Positions 1 through 12,959 of a DNA stretch of 64,000 nt are shown piece after piece. The position numbers and the translations under genes are program-made. This DNA comes from Zootoca vivipara (Eukaryota): positions 21,638,001 to 21,702,000 of the forward strand of contig NC_083284.1 of assembly GCF_963506605.1 (NCBI RefSeq), written 5' to 3'. Position 1 is the stretch's first letter, and each line of letters starts with the position of its first letter. The notes beneath the pieces are model-generated. The model searched no databases. It was not told the DNA's origin and worked only from the letters and a program-made list of their open reading frames with translations.

Positions 1-43
1 GCGAGGCGACGTTGCCGCCAGGAATCCCGCTCGTCGGCCCGAG
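1..43 (+). other. NFKB1: NFKB1 exon 1 (5'UTR, non-coding; 5' boundary unknown)
   Basis: Strong donor GAG|GTGAGC at 43/44 inside the CpG island. Vertebrate NFKB1 has a non-coding first exon. Confidence 0.7.
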
Positions 44-300
44 GTGAGCCCCGCGGGGAGGCGGGAAGCGGCGCCGCGTTCGCACGAGACGACAACGCCG
101 CTAGCTCGCTAGCTGACACGCGCGCGCGCTCTCTCGCTCTCCGCGTTGCCACGCGGGAATGTTTATGGATGCGGCAACAAGAGGGACACGGGGCGGGAGG
201 GGGGTCCATTTTGGCTCCTTCCAGGCGGTCGGAACCCCAGGGGCCAGATTGGAAAGGAGGAGTCTGCTGCTGGTTGGCAGAGGCGGTTTCCGAGGTGCTT
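1..300. promoter_or_regulatory. CpG island over exon 1 and the start of intron 1
   Basis: Very GC- and CpG-rich (gcgaggcgac...cgcgcgcgct) against a CpG-depleted background. Confidence 0.8.
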
Positions 301-1820
301 CTGTGTGTACAGATCAAGTGGCGCTAGTCTGTGAAAACTTGTGCCTCAGTCAACCTGCTTGTCCCTCAGGTGCCATAATAAGACACTCTGTTTCCCTGCG
401 GAGCGGCAAGGAAGAGAGACGGCATTTTTATTTCTATTCCGCCAAAGCTGATTTCCCACAAGTCATCATGTGCGAGTGATTTAAGGGAGGGAGGGAGGGA
501 GGAGTAAGTAGATTTTAGTTTCCAGGTGTGGACATTTTCAGAGCTGGCCTGAAGCCCTTTTAGGTACGGGTTAGCTGGGGTGGACCTCTCGGGGGAATTA
601 CATTTGAAGAGCGGAGTTCTGCATTTTACTCTTTTCTTCTTCTTCGCGCTGTGTGTGCTCAACAGCTCTTTCTACTTCCTCATTCTTGCGCAAAACGAAC
701 ATAACATGCCGCTCCTCGTGCTCGGGAAAGCAGTGCTGGGACTCGGGAGAGAGAGAGAGGCGCACATGGCGAGGCCTTCTCCCTACCCAGAGCTTGGAGT
801 TGCCCCTTTTTCTTTTTGGGGCAAGGCTTTCCTGTGCCTTTCGCTCTGGTGTCGAAGGCTGGTGTTCAACCGGGCAAGCCTCTTCCTCCCCCGCCCCTCA
901 TCACTTCCTCTTTGTCCCAAGAGCAGTCTCGCTTGCTAGCTACATGGCTGCCTGGCATAGCACAGCTGTTGCAGACACAGGAGCTCTGCTGCTGGGTTGG
1001 GAGAGAGAGGTGACAGCAGCTGTGGAACATCTTTGCATTTCGCAAAAAGGTGCAGGCTGCTTGATTGCCTCAAACAAACATACAGACCTCAAAGCGGTTT
1101 GCCAAAAAGATTAAACAATAAGAAGAACCAGCAACAAAAATTTAAGAACAATAATTTAAGACATTTGAAAAGTTAAAATAGCAAGAGATTGACATTTACA
1201 CCACCTTTCTAAGCAATCGGGTAGGCTAAACAAAAAATGTTTTAAGCAGAATGTTTTGTGTGCAGAAGGTACCATGTTCAATCACAAGTCTTCCCAAGTA
1301 GGGTTGGGAGAGACCCATGTCTGAAATCATAGAGAGACGCTGCCAGTCAGTCTGGACAGCACTAAACTAGATAAGCCAATGGTCTGATTCATTAAAAGGC
1401 AGTTTCCCATGTTACCATTGGGGCAGAAAGGAAAAGAAAAGGTGATTTCATACTGAAAAGGTGGGGTGGTGAAGGCAATATATTCACCCCCTGCTGCCAT
1501 TCTGGAATTTGTACAATATTTGTACAATTTGTACAATATTTGAGCGAGTCTCTTTCATGCTATTGGAAGTATGTTTTTGGGATGAAGCTGGTTTTCCCCA
1601 CAGTTAAGTTTATAGTCATTCAGCAATGCCAGGGCTCAGCCTTGAATTGAGGTATACTCCTAAAATAAATAGATCTAAAGCATGTGCAGAGTGCATCCCT
1701 CCCTCAACTACTAGGTTATTTGTTTCACAGTAATCAGGGGGCAGGATTTTCCTGTTGAAAGTTGTGATTTTCATATTTCCATTTTTCATTGTTATTTGTG
1801 CTCAGGTATTAGGAACCTAA

Positions 1821-2040
1821 GAGAGCCTGTGTGGTGTAGTGGTTTGTGTGTTGGCCTGGGAGACCAGGGTTCAAGTCTCCACTCGGCCATGAAGTTCATT
1901 GGGTGACCTTGGGCCGTTCACTGCCTCTTGGCCTAACATAACAGGGTTGTTGGGATTGAATGAGGGGGAGAAGAACCATGTATCTCACCTTGAGCTCTTG
2001 AGAGAAAAAGGTAGGATAAACATGCATGCAATAAATTAAA
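1821..2040 (+). mobile_element. tRNA-derived SINE with CORE-like body and L2-type tail
   Basis: A box (gtggtgtagtgg), B box (ggttcaagtctc), gggtgaccttgggc core, tail ccttgagctc...aataaa. Confidence 0.7.
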
Positions 2041-2876
2041 ACAGCCATAGGAAACAATATAGGAAGCCACCTTATATTGTGTCAATCTTTAACACTGTTT
2101 GTTCCTGCAAGAGCTTCAGGGCAGACACCCTACTTCCATTGCCAATACAGTATGTGAATGCCCCATAGCTTTCTGCTGAAATTCTCTTAATCATTCGTAT
2201 CACAAATATTTCAGGTGTGTGTTTTTGTCCCAATTTTGTTGTCCAAATTTTGTTGCTCTGTTGAGCGAGAGTGTGCCTTCAGAGGGCAATAATGTAGTGA
2301 CAGTGGAGAAACATTGCAGAGCAACTAATACAGTGGTATAAACCCACCACTGATACACTAGTATTGCATCAGTGACATATTGCAGAATGCATCCACTAAA
2401 AATACCACTCTGGAGAGGCCACTGAGTTTGTTACCTTCCCCATTGCATCCTATGCCAATGATGTGTGTGTTGTTGTTTTTTCTTCACTTGGAAGTGTAAT
2501 GTTTCTCGATGTTGATATGGTATCTCCCATTTGTAAGACTGAGGTCAGCTGTCCCTGTTTGCCCCCCCACTTGCCACCCAGTGATCTGTTCTCAGACATT
2601 TGAATGTGGAACAATGGGAGGGGAGAGGGCAGCAGTACCCACCAGGATATGAGCCTAGGATCTCCTTCAGTGCCAAAGTTTTGCATTGGAATATGTTAAT
2701 AAGATTTCTGCATGTGCAGAGTGCACCTTGTTAGGTGGAATGAAGAAGGTATTTCTCTTCCGAGGCTATGATGGACCTGAGTCCCAGCAACTTTCACATT
2801 AAGAATTGTAGGAGTGCTTGCAACGTGTGTTCGTAGGGCCAATGAAGCACCAATGGCCAATGTGTGTGTGATTTTC

Positions 2877-2966
2877 CATAGCTGCCAAGTTTTCCCTTTT
2901 CTCGCGAGGAAGCCTATTCAGCATAAGGGAAAATCCCTTTAAAAAAGGGATAACTTGGCAGCTATG
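2877..2966. mobile_element. 90-bp hAT-like MITE (copy 1)
   Basis: TIR catagctgccaagtt / aacttggcagctatg; flanking direct repeat gtgattttc on both sides; second copy at 49709. Confidence 0.85.
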
Positions 2967-4842
2967 GTGATTTTCTGTGAAATGTAAACACTGTGAGTTG
3001 TTTGAGATCCTTTTGTTTTCAGTACTTAGACTGTGTGTTGCTTGATTGTTTTGGTTTAATTATTTCAGTTCCAATTTTAACTTGTGCCATTCATGCACAA
3101 ATTGAAAACCAAGCTGATGCAGGTGTAGGGGGGATAGATTTCACTATACACAGATTATTATTAGATTTTGAGACATTTTGTTGTACTCACTGTGGGAATG
3201 CTTTACTAAATTGCCTGCAGTGATGTTGGGTGACTGTGCAATACAAGGGATTAAACTTGTCACATAAATATTGTCCCAGAAAAGAATAGCTGGGCTTTGT
3301 GCTAGAGAAAGTGGGTTTTCTAAAGGATTCACTTATGAACATGCAAGTTGAATTTCCTCAGAAATATGCTGAATTTCCTCAGAATAAGGCCTTTTTCAAG
3401 GGAAGGGAGGGGAGGTTAGGTTGTGACTCAGTAATTTTCTTAGGAAGAAAGGTGTAATATGGTACAGTGCAACACTCTGCCCCACTCAAATTTGTTGCTT
3501 CTAATAGCAGGTTTGTTTGTTTTTCATTATACGCAGACCTTATCAATGTAGCGAATTCTTCACTTTCCTTCCTCTTCAGCTGCTTCTTGCATAATTGCAA
3601 GATTGAGTTCTAAAGGTGTTTTTAGCTGCCTTTCAGTAAAATCACAGAATCATAGAATGGTAGAGTTGGAAAGGAATGCAGGAATCTCAGCTAAAGCATC
3701 CATGTATTTTTCCTGAGTAAGGATGCTCAGTAAAAATAAACAACCCTAATTATTAGTGGCAGATTTTGTTAACTTTCACATGAAATGTTAAGCAATTGTA
3801 GAATTTCCCCATTTCTGTTTGTTCACTATTAGCAGGCAATATAATTTCGGTTAATAAAAGCCCTCTGTTGATACTTCTTAGATCGCTTCTAGAAGTAAGA
3901 AGCAGGCTGCAGGGTTCAGCCTAGGGATGGGTGAAGCAGACAATTTCTGGTTTCTTTCAGTTTCTCGTTTTTCCAATGAAAATTCAGTATTTTGGATGAA
4001 TTTATGTGTGTGCATATTTTTTGCAAACAATGTCCCATAATTTGTGTATGTTATTTTGATTAATATATGCATTCATATGAACACTTAACCCTAGTTTGTG
4101 CATTTTGTACTCATTACTTGGTTTGAGAACAGCACTGCAAAATGTGGAGCTGCATGATTTTCAAAGGATGGCTGTGTTTCAGTCTGCATATTATTTTAGA
4201 AAGTGCAGATTAGATAGTGTCACCTTTAAATGCAAAGTGAATTGAATTTCAACCCCATCCAGAGCTTTAGTCATCTACAAGCCAGATAAAAACCATAGAA
4301 TAAAGTGTTTGCTAACCTTAGAGTAGACACAGATTATTGCTTTGCAGTGATGTGGTTTTTAACAACACCTTTCTGCCCTTCCTAAAAAGAAACCCACCGC
4401 CTAATCCTAAAATGGATTTTCTTCTTTTTTAAAGCTGAAGAGTAAAACAAACAGTGTGGAGCTGTTACTGTTATGTGAAGTAAGATTTGTGCCAAGATCT
4501 TAACCACTTAACTCATTCTTCTACTTGGCAACTAGAGTATTTTGTTTTACAACCCTAATTTTAAGAAGCATATGGGATGGAGATATTTCTAAAGGGCTCT
4601 TCACTCATTGTAGCTTTCTACTCATAAAATGGTACATAGTGCCCTGGGTACATTGCACTGCCATGATTTACCTTTATATAAGCACAACACCAGCTGGAGC
4701 ATCCTGCCTTAGTTATGTATGAACAGCAGTGAAATAAACAAGGTGCATTCATGGTTTGTTGGCAATAAGAACAGTGTTGCAAGGGTAAACAAAGGTCCAG
4801 CATCTTGTTCTTTTTTTTAAGCAGCCAGTAAGATGCTTCTCT

Positions 4843-4987
4843 GGGGATGCGGGTGGCGCTGTGGGTTAAACCACAGAGTCTAGGGCTTGCCGATCAGAAG
4901 GTCGGCAGTTCGAATCCCTGCGACGAGGTGAGCTCCCATTGCTTGGTCCCAGCTCCTGCCCACCTAGCAGCTTGAAAGCACATCAAA
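4843..4987 (+). mobile_element. Sauria SINE, 5' part
   Basis: gggtggcgctgtgggttaaaccacagag...ttcgaatccc head shared with six other copies in the window. Confidence 0.9.
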
Positions 4988-5745
4988 CATACTAGGTGGT
5001 TTGTGGGGAGAAATGGAGCAACGCAGATGCCTTCATGCCCTGTTTGCAGGTTTCCTTGGAACACCTGGCTGGCCACTGCTGGTATTGGTATCTAGGTAGA
5101 AAGTTCTTCATATACCAAATGCCCTTGCGTGCTTGTCAGCACTGTGGCTTTTGCAGGGTTGTATACATATCCAGTTAATATCCAGCCCCTGCAGTCAATA
5201 TATGCAATGATCTTTTCTTGCCTCTTCATTATGCAATAACCCACCAAGTATGATGATGTTATACATACACCATGTTGTATCTGAACTTTTGTGTGTGCAC
5301 ATGTGCAACTTTTTCTAGTCTAACACTATGGTAGCAGATTTGACAAACATTTGATAACTTATCCATTTTAAGTGTAGGAGTTTAAGAAGCTACAAATTGC
5401 CTTATGTGCAAAATATGATACATGTAATAACTACTAATGGTGAGAAATAGGGCCAGCCTCCCCATGAGGTAGAGTGAAGCAGCCAACCTTGGGCAGCATA
5501 ATTCTTTGAGGGTCATGTGGCTGCAGCAGCTGCAGCTGTTTTCAGCAAGATCTCATGGAGCTCGCAAAATATATTGTGAAATCTCTGCAAGATCTCATGA
5601 GATCTTGCCAGAAGCTGCCACCAAGTGACCCCGGTAAGCAAGGCTTTGCAGGAGGGGCAGCAGTTTCCAGTTTTGCCTCCGGCAACAAAACAAGACAGGC
5701 CTCCCCTGGTTATACATAGAGCTTTTGCCACTGTAAGCTCTAGGT

Positions 5746-6099
5746 CAGGGGTCCCCAAACTTACATCACCGAGGGCCGGTGCCGCCAGCGCCGATTGCGC
5801 TGCGGGCCGGAGCATGCACCCATACATGTGCACACACGTGATTTCCGGTGCACTTCTGGGTCGCTGGAACACCGGAAATAGCTTGTGCGCATGCGCATGG
5901 GCCTCCTCCGGCATGGAAGTGCGCCAGAAATGATGCTTGCGCATGCGCACAAGCTATTTCTGACACTCTGGCAACCCGGAAGTGGGCAGCCGCGCCGCGC
6001 CATTAAGAGCAGGCAGTGGCAGTGGGGGGTCACCGGGGGCCACATAAAAAAGCCTCGCGGGCCGCATCCGGCCCCCGGGCCTTAGTTTGGGGAAGCCTG
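5746..6099. mobile_element. hAT MITE with palindromic GC-rich interior
   Basis: TIR caggggtccccaaact / agtttggggaagcctg; 8-bp TSD ctctagg(t/c). Confidence 0.85.
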
Positions 6100-8259
6100 C
6101 TCTAGGCTTTGCAATAAGCGAGGAAGCACTTTTCTCTATCCTCCTTTCACAAGGGTTGCAAATCCCCTTCTATTTCAACTTGTGTCCAGTTGATTTTCTG
6201 GCATACTTAGTGATTCTTTTTACTAGCTTTTGAATTTTATTGCTATTCAATTTGCTTCTTGTATAATTTACTTATAACCCTCTTTGGTCAGTTTGAGAAG
6301 CCCTGTTTGTTGAGCATTCAGCCTGATTCCTTTATACAAAGTTTTCTGGGAGGTTATATGAAGCCAGCAGTTTATTCATTTGGATCTGCTTGCAGGGAGG
6401 TTATATGAAGACACACCGAGGAATTGCTTCCCCACACTTTCCAGCACATTCCCCATCACTTTCCTAGCTGCAAAAAGTATTGCTTTTCTTTAAGCAGGTT
6501 TGTTGTGCAAGAGCCAAAATCCATATGAATTGTGCAAACTGAATTTGGTGTCATGCATTTAATCCCATCTGTAAACATACCAAGAAGTGCCCTGAGCACA
6601 GCATCTGTTGTAGGTGTTTCTTTGCAGAAGGATGGGACAAGCTTCATTGGATAGACTATAGAATGTGGGCATTTTTTAGCTGTCAATCCACCATTTCTCC
6701 ATTCAAATTAGATGGGAGTGGTCCACACCCACACATACTTGAATTTGTATATGAAGAGCAAGCTTGGGCTTTCCCATTCATTACAGGCATTTTCTTTTGT
6801 GCTTGTTCCTGCATTCTAATTTGTTGCTTCTGTTACGCCAGTTAAGTACCAGCAGGGAAGCAGGCAGATAGCAGTGTGCTCATCTGCAGTGTAGAAAATT
6901 TTAATACTGATTTGACCTTGTGGTAGTGATTATTGAGGCAAGTACCCGGTATCAGTTTCACACATAATGCTAAACTATGGTTCCTTTTTGCGTGGCTCCA
7001 CCTCAGCAGACTAACTATGGTTTATTTCAGGGCAACAAACCATGATATGAAACCATGGCTTGTTCTTGGCTTATGACCCATGGGTTGTTTTAACTGTGGT
7101 ATGGTGTTATATCTGAAACCAACAGCCTTGCTTAACCACAGTTTGCTTGGCTGCCCCACACCAGGTGGTCACCAAGCTACAGAGACATGGGGTAAGAGCA
7201 GCTTAAAACAAGCCAAGATTTGGAGAAACAAAAAGCCAGTTCAATTGCGAGGCGGCTCATGTTTTGCTGAACAAATAATCATGGTTGCATTTACAAATAA
7301 CATGAAATCACATTTGAAATGTGATATCACAAATGCTTATTATTTGGTTGTATTTGAAGAGGCATTGGCGCGTTTATCCCTGCCATAACTTGTTTTGTTT
7401 TATTGACTCATAGATAAGTAACTGCCAGAAAAAACTATTGAGCTGAAGAACTAGTTATTGTCCCTTGAAAGTATTTTACCCCCTCCGTAGATAATCTTTT
7501 GCAATATGCTTGGCACAATTATGTCCATTTCCCTTTAATACAGCAAGAGCAATTCTGGGAAGAATTTGTTTAGCTTTAAGTGATTGGATAATCACTTCTC
7601 CTATACAGGCTGAGGTTTCTTTCATGGAACTGGGGATAATTCGTTTTTCTTTTTGCGCGGATTTTAATGTTTTGGCATTCTTTGGCTTAGGGAAGCCAGA
7701 GCAACTCTAAAACCACATGATTCCCTTGGGAAGTTTTATAAAACATGAAGTGCATAAATGAGAGGCCCATAGAGTGAATGGTTTTGATTGAGAACTGGGT
7801 GCATAAAGTCTTCCCTTCCCTATGTTCTCTACACGATTTTAGACTGCATTATTTTAAAAAAGAACATAGGAAGCTGCCTTGATACCAAGTCAGACCACTC
7901 AATATTGTTGATCACCAATTGACAGCAGCTCCCAGGGATTTCCGGCTTGAAGGAGTCTCTTCCAAACTTACCTGGAGATGCCAGAGTTTGAACCTGACAC
8001 CCTTTTCCATGCAAAGTATGTAGGGTACCTCTAAGCTATGGCTTTCCCCCAATATTGTATTCTTTTTTGAAATAGGAGACTGCCTTCCCAATCTTACAAC
8101 AGGTAAATTCTCAGGGGAACAAACTCAAGTTTCTCTTTTGATTATGTCCTCTTTGCGTATATGCCTCGTTTGCAAACAAAACTTCTTAAATGCAATTCTC
8201 AATTACTGTGAGTGTTTCACACCTCAGGGTTGTTTCTGTTTTAAGGGGGTGTTGAAATA

Positions 8260-8503
8260 CAGTGGACGCCCGGGTTGCAAACGTGATCCGTGCGGGAGGC
8301 ACATTCGCAACCCGCAGCGCTGCGTTTGTGCATGCGCTGGTTGTGATTCAGCGCTTCTGCGCATGCGCAAAGCGTGATTTAGCGCTTCTGTGCATGTGTG
8401 AGTGCTGAAACCCAGAAGTAACCCGTTCGGGTACTTCCAGGTTCACGCGGTGCACAACTGGAAAAGACACAACCTGAAGCGTCTGTAACCCGAGGTATGA
8501 CTG
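8260..8503. mobile_element. Tc1/mariner-pogo (Tigger-like) MITE
   Basis: TA|cagt...actg|TA termini, imperfect TIR. Confidence 0.8.
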
Positions 8504-9648
8504 TACTTTTATTAAATGTCTTTAAGCTTTCGATTCGTGTTACATTTTATGACTTTCTTGATATACATTGTAATCTTTAAAGTCGCACAAAAAAGATACA
8601 CCGCATCTCTTCTTTTACTTGTTGTTCATGAGATACATATTAAAAAGTTGTTTCACCCAGTGTCTGCAACACTATTTAAACTAGGCTTCTATCAGCATAT
8701 TATCATGCAACATGTATTACGGGCAATTAATGTAATTTAGGAAGGATAGTTTCATAGTGATACCTACTCCCATTTCTTTCACTTGCTCCCTTTAGGTGGT
8801 GATATTACCATTATTTACACCCAGAAATTACTACGTTAAGCAATTCCTGATTTCTTAATGGTCTCTCCAATTGCTTTTTGTGCCTAATGTTTCAGTGCCA
8901 ATATGTGTGCAGAAATGCCACCTAGCAAATACTGCATTCCTGAAAGCACATTCTCATAACAACTGTGTATTGTTGTTGTTGTTTTCTGCATGCAAACTGA
9001 ATTACTGGATTTCCCACACAGTTTTGTGACTGTGCTGTGTGTAAGTTTAGACTGTGGTATTCGATGAAGAAGTCACCATCCTAATAGTGGGTAGTTCTAA
9101 CCACTAAAAGCCTTTAAAGCCGTGCTAGTCATTCAAGGCCTTGTCAATCTTATAATTTTAGGAGCTGGGAAGTGCAGGTGGCTGAATTTCAACGTGCAGG
9201 ATTTCCCCAGAACAAGTCTTTAATTTTCTGCCTAATTCTCTTCCCAAATGACTAATAGAGGAGGAGAATAAATTATGTAAATAAGCAAATATTTTAATAA
9301 ATAAAAAATATGCAAATATTTGCACAGAATGCTTTTCTTTGCATCATCTGCATGGGTTTTAAAAATGAATACTATATGGGAAGTTTGCCCTCCCTATAAC
9401 TGGCACTGTCTGATACAGGCTGAAACAGTTCCTTCAATGCTCCAGAATTTGCTTTCCCCAGAACAGAATTGGTATTACCTCCATTCATAGGTTTTATTTC
9501 ATTCCTCTCTCAATCTCTAATCCAGGCAATCAGGTGTAAAATTCCCCTCCAGGTTAAGGTTGCTGTAGTTCAAAAAGTAACAAAATGGACACATAAGATG
9601 CGGTTTAAGCTATTTTTAAGGGAAATGGGCAAAAACGACATTGCCAAC

Positions 9649-9764
9649 ATGGGTTGTCATACGTCTGGATTTTCCCGAACAATCTGCCAATTTCCTCCCA
9701 GAAACTGTTTCCGACTGAAGTATTCCAGGTATGTCTGGAAAATTCCTGATGTATGGCAACCCTA
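9649..9764. mobile_element. Short palindromic hAT (Blackjack-like) MITE
   Basis: gggttgtcatacgtc / gatgtatggcaaccc inverted termini. Confidence 0.65.
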
Positions 9765-11805
9765 CTCCAGGTGCACTTTTCATTGTAGGGTTTACACAGA
9801 TGTAGACCTATAATGCAGTTCTCATGAAGCATGCCCCCAATTTCAGCCATTTACAGTTTTCCTTCTTTGCAGAAGAAACACTCAAGTATCCCAATAAAGC
9901 CAACTGAATTTTGTATGTGAGGTGCTGTTTTGTCCCAGCTAGTGAAATGTGCCAGAGTGTTTCTTTTTTCAAAACAACAACAACAACAACACAAAACTTA
10001 CTTGACAACCTTTTGATAGGTTCATTTGCTTGCTTGCTTGCTTGCTTGCACTGTGAAATATCCCCATTTGAAAAATATAAGGCTATTTTAGTCATTTAAT
10101 CTGGTGCTGTGAATCATCGGCAAATGCATGAAACTGCAGCTTGCATGCATTTGTTCTTGGCTTTTGGGGGTGGGATTTTCTTTGCATGTAATAACACTGT
10201 GGGAGTCCTCCTGTTGCTTTCCTCCTGGGTATGAAGGAATTTTGCATATGCCCTGTGGAATATTGAAGTTCCCCCTCAGCATTAGCCACCTAAACTGATT
10301 GTAGTAGCCTTAGGTTTGCAAATCAATTAGTGGTTTGGTTGAGGTAGTGGTCTGTGTTTTAACTCTTGATTCAGGCTTCACACAGGTGTTTGTAATGTAA
10401 TTGGGTTCTGTTATATTACACACACACTCCTCTACCTGGCAGGGCTCTAAAAACATGCCTACCTCAGAGTTTTATTGAGTGCCAGGGAGGAGAGAAGGAA
10501 GAGGTTTGATCACTGTCTGCACTTACTGCTCACTATTAATTCACTGTGCCCTGAGTACAGCCCAGAGATGAAATAAAAGCGAGTGGGTGTGCACAGTTTG
10601 TGATATGCTGGATTGTGGTCTGGGTTTATTTGATAGACAAAGGTTGTGATACAGTTCTGCAAGGTTTAATCAGTATTATCAGCTCTGGTTGATTGGTGAC
10701 AGGAAATACGAATCTGCGGGGGCATATTTATTTGTTTTTTAATGCTGTGTTAATTCTAAAGAATTGAAAATAAAATATTTAAAAAGAACCCTTCCCTTCT
10801 AACAAAAAGTGGTAAATTTTGGTAATATAAATTCACCTTAAACTTTTACTAATATTTGAGGTCAACCCCACACTATACTTTTAAAGCACATTTAAAATGC
10901 ATGGGTTCCCCAGAATGTTTGACATTGTAATTTGCTAAGGTTGCTGGGAATTGTAGCTCTGTGAGAGGTAAACTACACTTCCTTTAAAAGCATGGTGTAC
11001 ATGTGACCTTTTGCATCATTCTGTTTTGCATCAACCAATATAAATAAAATGATACACAGGTCAGATATGTATGATGCAAAGTTCAATTATGTATTTCAGA
11101 TCACATTTACCATAGCAAGCAAAAGTCTGTTTCTAAGTAGCTGCCAATGGAAAATCCAGTAACAGCCAAACCTTCCTTCTTCTGAGTCACATTTGATGCA
11201 TTCAAAATAGAGTTTCATCATATCATACATGCTTAATAGAAGCTAAAAGGGCTGTGAAATGACCAGAGTTCCTCCAGAAAAAATGAATAATGTTGTTGTT
11301 CATCATCATCATCATCAAAAATGAGGTTCCAGTACTGATATATTGATAAAAGCGCCATGGGTTCCAGCATAAAATGCCTGAAACGACCATTAAAAAAAAG
11401 TACCAGCGAGTACTATCACACACAAAAGAAAGCCCTGAGTAACGGGAGGGCGAGAGGGAGAGGAGTGGGAGAGAGAGGGCTTATTGGTAAATCTGTTTTG
11501 CAAAGGAGCTGTGAACCTTGCTTGACAGGTTTCTCTAGGCAATTGACAATGTAGTTAAGAGGAAGGTCTCCTTAGCTCAAGTCATACGGGAAAGGCGAAG
11601 AAAATTTAGCGATGCTTTTGTTATACCTCAGCTAACCAGCTTGCATCGTGCATTCCTGGTCAGCTGATATTGTGGTAAAAAGGGAATGTTGCTGATATCT
11701 AGCAATTAAAGGATTTTGCTAGGGATGTATGAAACCTCTACCTCTCCCATATTCCAACTAATGAAAGGTTTTTTTGGGGGGGGGAGAATAGGAGGAAGAA
11801 TAAAG

Positions 11806-11941
11806 CAGGCATCCCCAAACTTCGGCCCTCCAGATGTTTTGGCCTACAATTCCCATCATCCCTGACCACTGGTCCTGTTAGCTAGGGATCATGGGAGTTG
11901 TAGGCCAAAACATCTGGAGGGCCGCAGTTTGGGGATGCCTG
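11806..11941. mobile_element. 136-bp fold-back hAT MITE
   Basis: Long inverted arms; perfect 8-bp TSD gaataaag; near-identical copy at 49294. Confidence 0.92.
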
Positions 11942-12737
11942 GAATAAAGCTTCAAAATATGGTGGTTGATTATTTATTTATTTTAAAGCATTTCTTGCCC
12001 CCTTAATATTTTAAATCTCTGTAAAAAGGGGGGGGGAATTAAAACTGTAAAAGAACAGGTGGTTGCTGTTGTTGGTTGTTTTTTTTTTTAAAAAAAGCAC
12101 CCCCCTAATCTAGTAATAATAGAGTCCACTTATGTGGCGGGGAGGCATGCAAAATGATTTGTCTTTACAAGGTGTCTGAAGCGACAGAGCTCTGCTTATC
12201 CTGACATTGCCTTTTCTGAAGACAAGCAAAGGTATAGCAGGCTGCAGCCCACCATTTTTGTTTTTGTTTTAAAGTTGATCATACAATGTCTTCAGATCCC
12301 TTTTTTTAAAAGCAAAAAAGCCCCCCCACAAAAAACCACAAGTAGAACATTATATAAACAGAATTATAAAAACAGTTGAGCAGCATGAGTTCTGCAGGCA
12401 TTATGAGAATGACGCCCCAGTTTTCAGTTTCCAGCTTGCCAGATATCACTTCTGAGCTGGTTTATTTAGAAACATTTCAAAAAACAACAACAATCAACTT
12501 CATCCCTAGTTATTATAACAATAAAGGACTGAACTTGATCTAGAGATGTCATCCTTTCTAAAACTTTAAAAATACTGCTGTATAAAATACCATCTGAAAC
12601 ATTTTGTATCTCACATAGTCAGATTATTTTCCTTAGAGATTTTGGTTCAACTTTATTGGGTGACTTTATGGACTCAGTAGCTGTTGTAACTATGCTTTGA
12701 CTTGCAATATATGGTTTTAATTGTTTCAGCTCTCAGA

Positions 12738-12782
12738 ATGGCAGATGACAGTGCATATCTCTTGGGAGTGCCGGACCCTCAG
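12738..12782 (+). CDS. NFKB1: NFKB1 exon 2 coding part, MADDSAYLLGVPDPQ (exon starts 12730)
   Basis: ttgtttcag|ctctcagaATGG; donor CAG|gtgagc; phase 0; resembles the avian/mammalian N-terminus. Confidence 0.92.
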
Positions 12783-12959
12783 GTGAGCATATACCCTACG
12801 ATAGTAACATGCTGCTAAAATGTGTGTAAAGCATTATGTGTGAAGTTGTGTTTCCTACTTTAAAAACTAAGGGATGTTTGAGCCTATATAAAACAAATAG
12901 GAAGGGGAGGACGGGACGGAACCCCACCTCATATTATGTGGGGACTTCATCCCTGTCAG

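Noticed and set aside
146-1114. Overlapping ORFs of 60-150 aa near the window start
   Set aside because: GC-rich intron 1 sequence with no recognisable protein features; NFKB1 coding begins at 12738.
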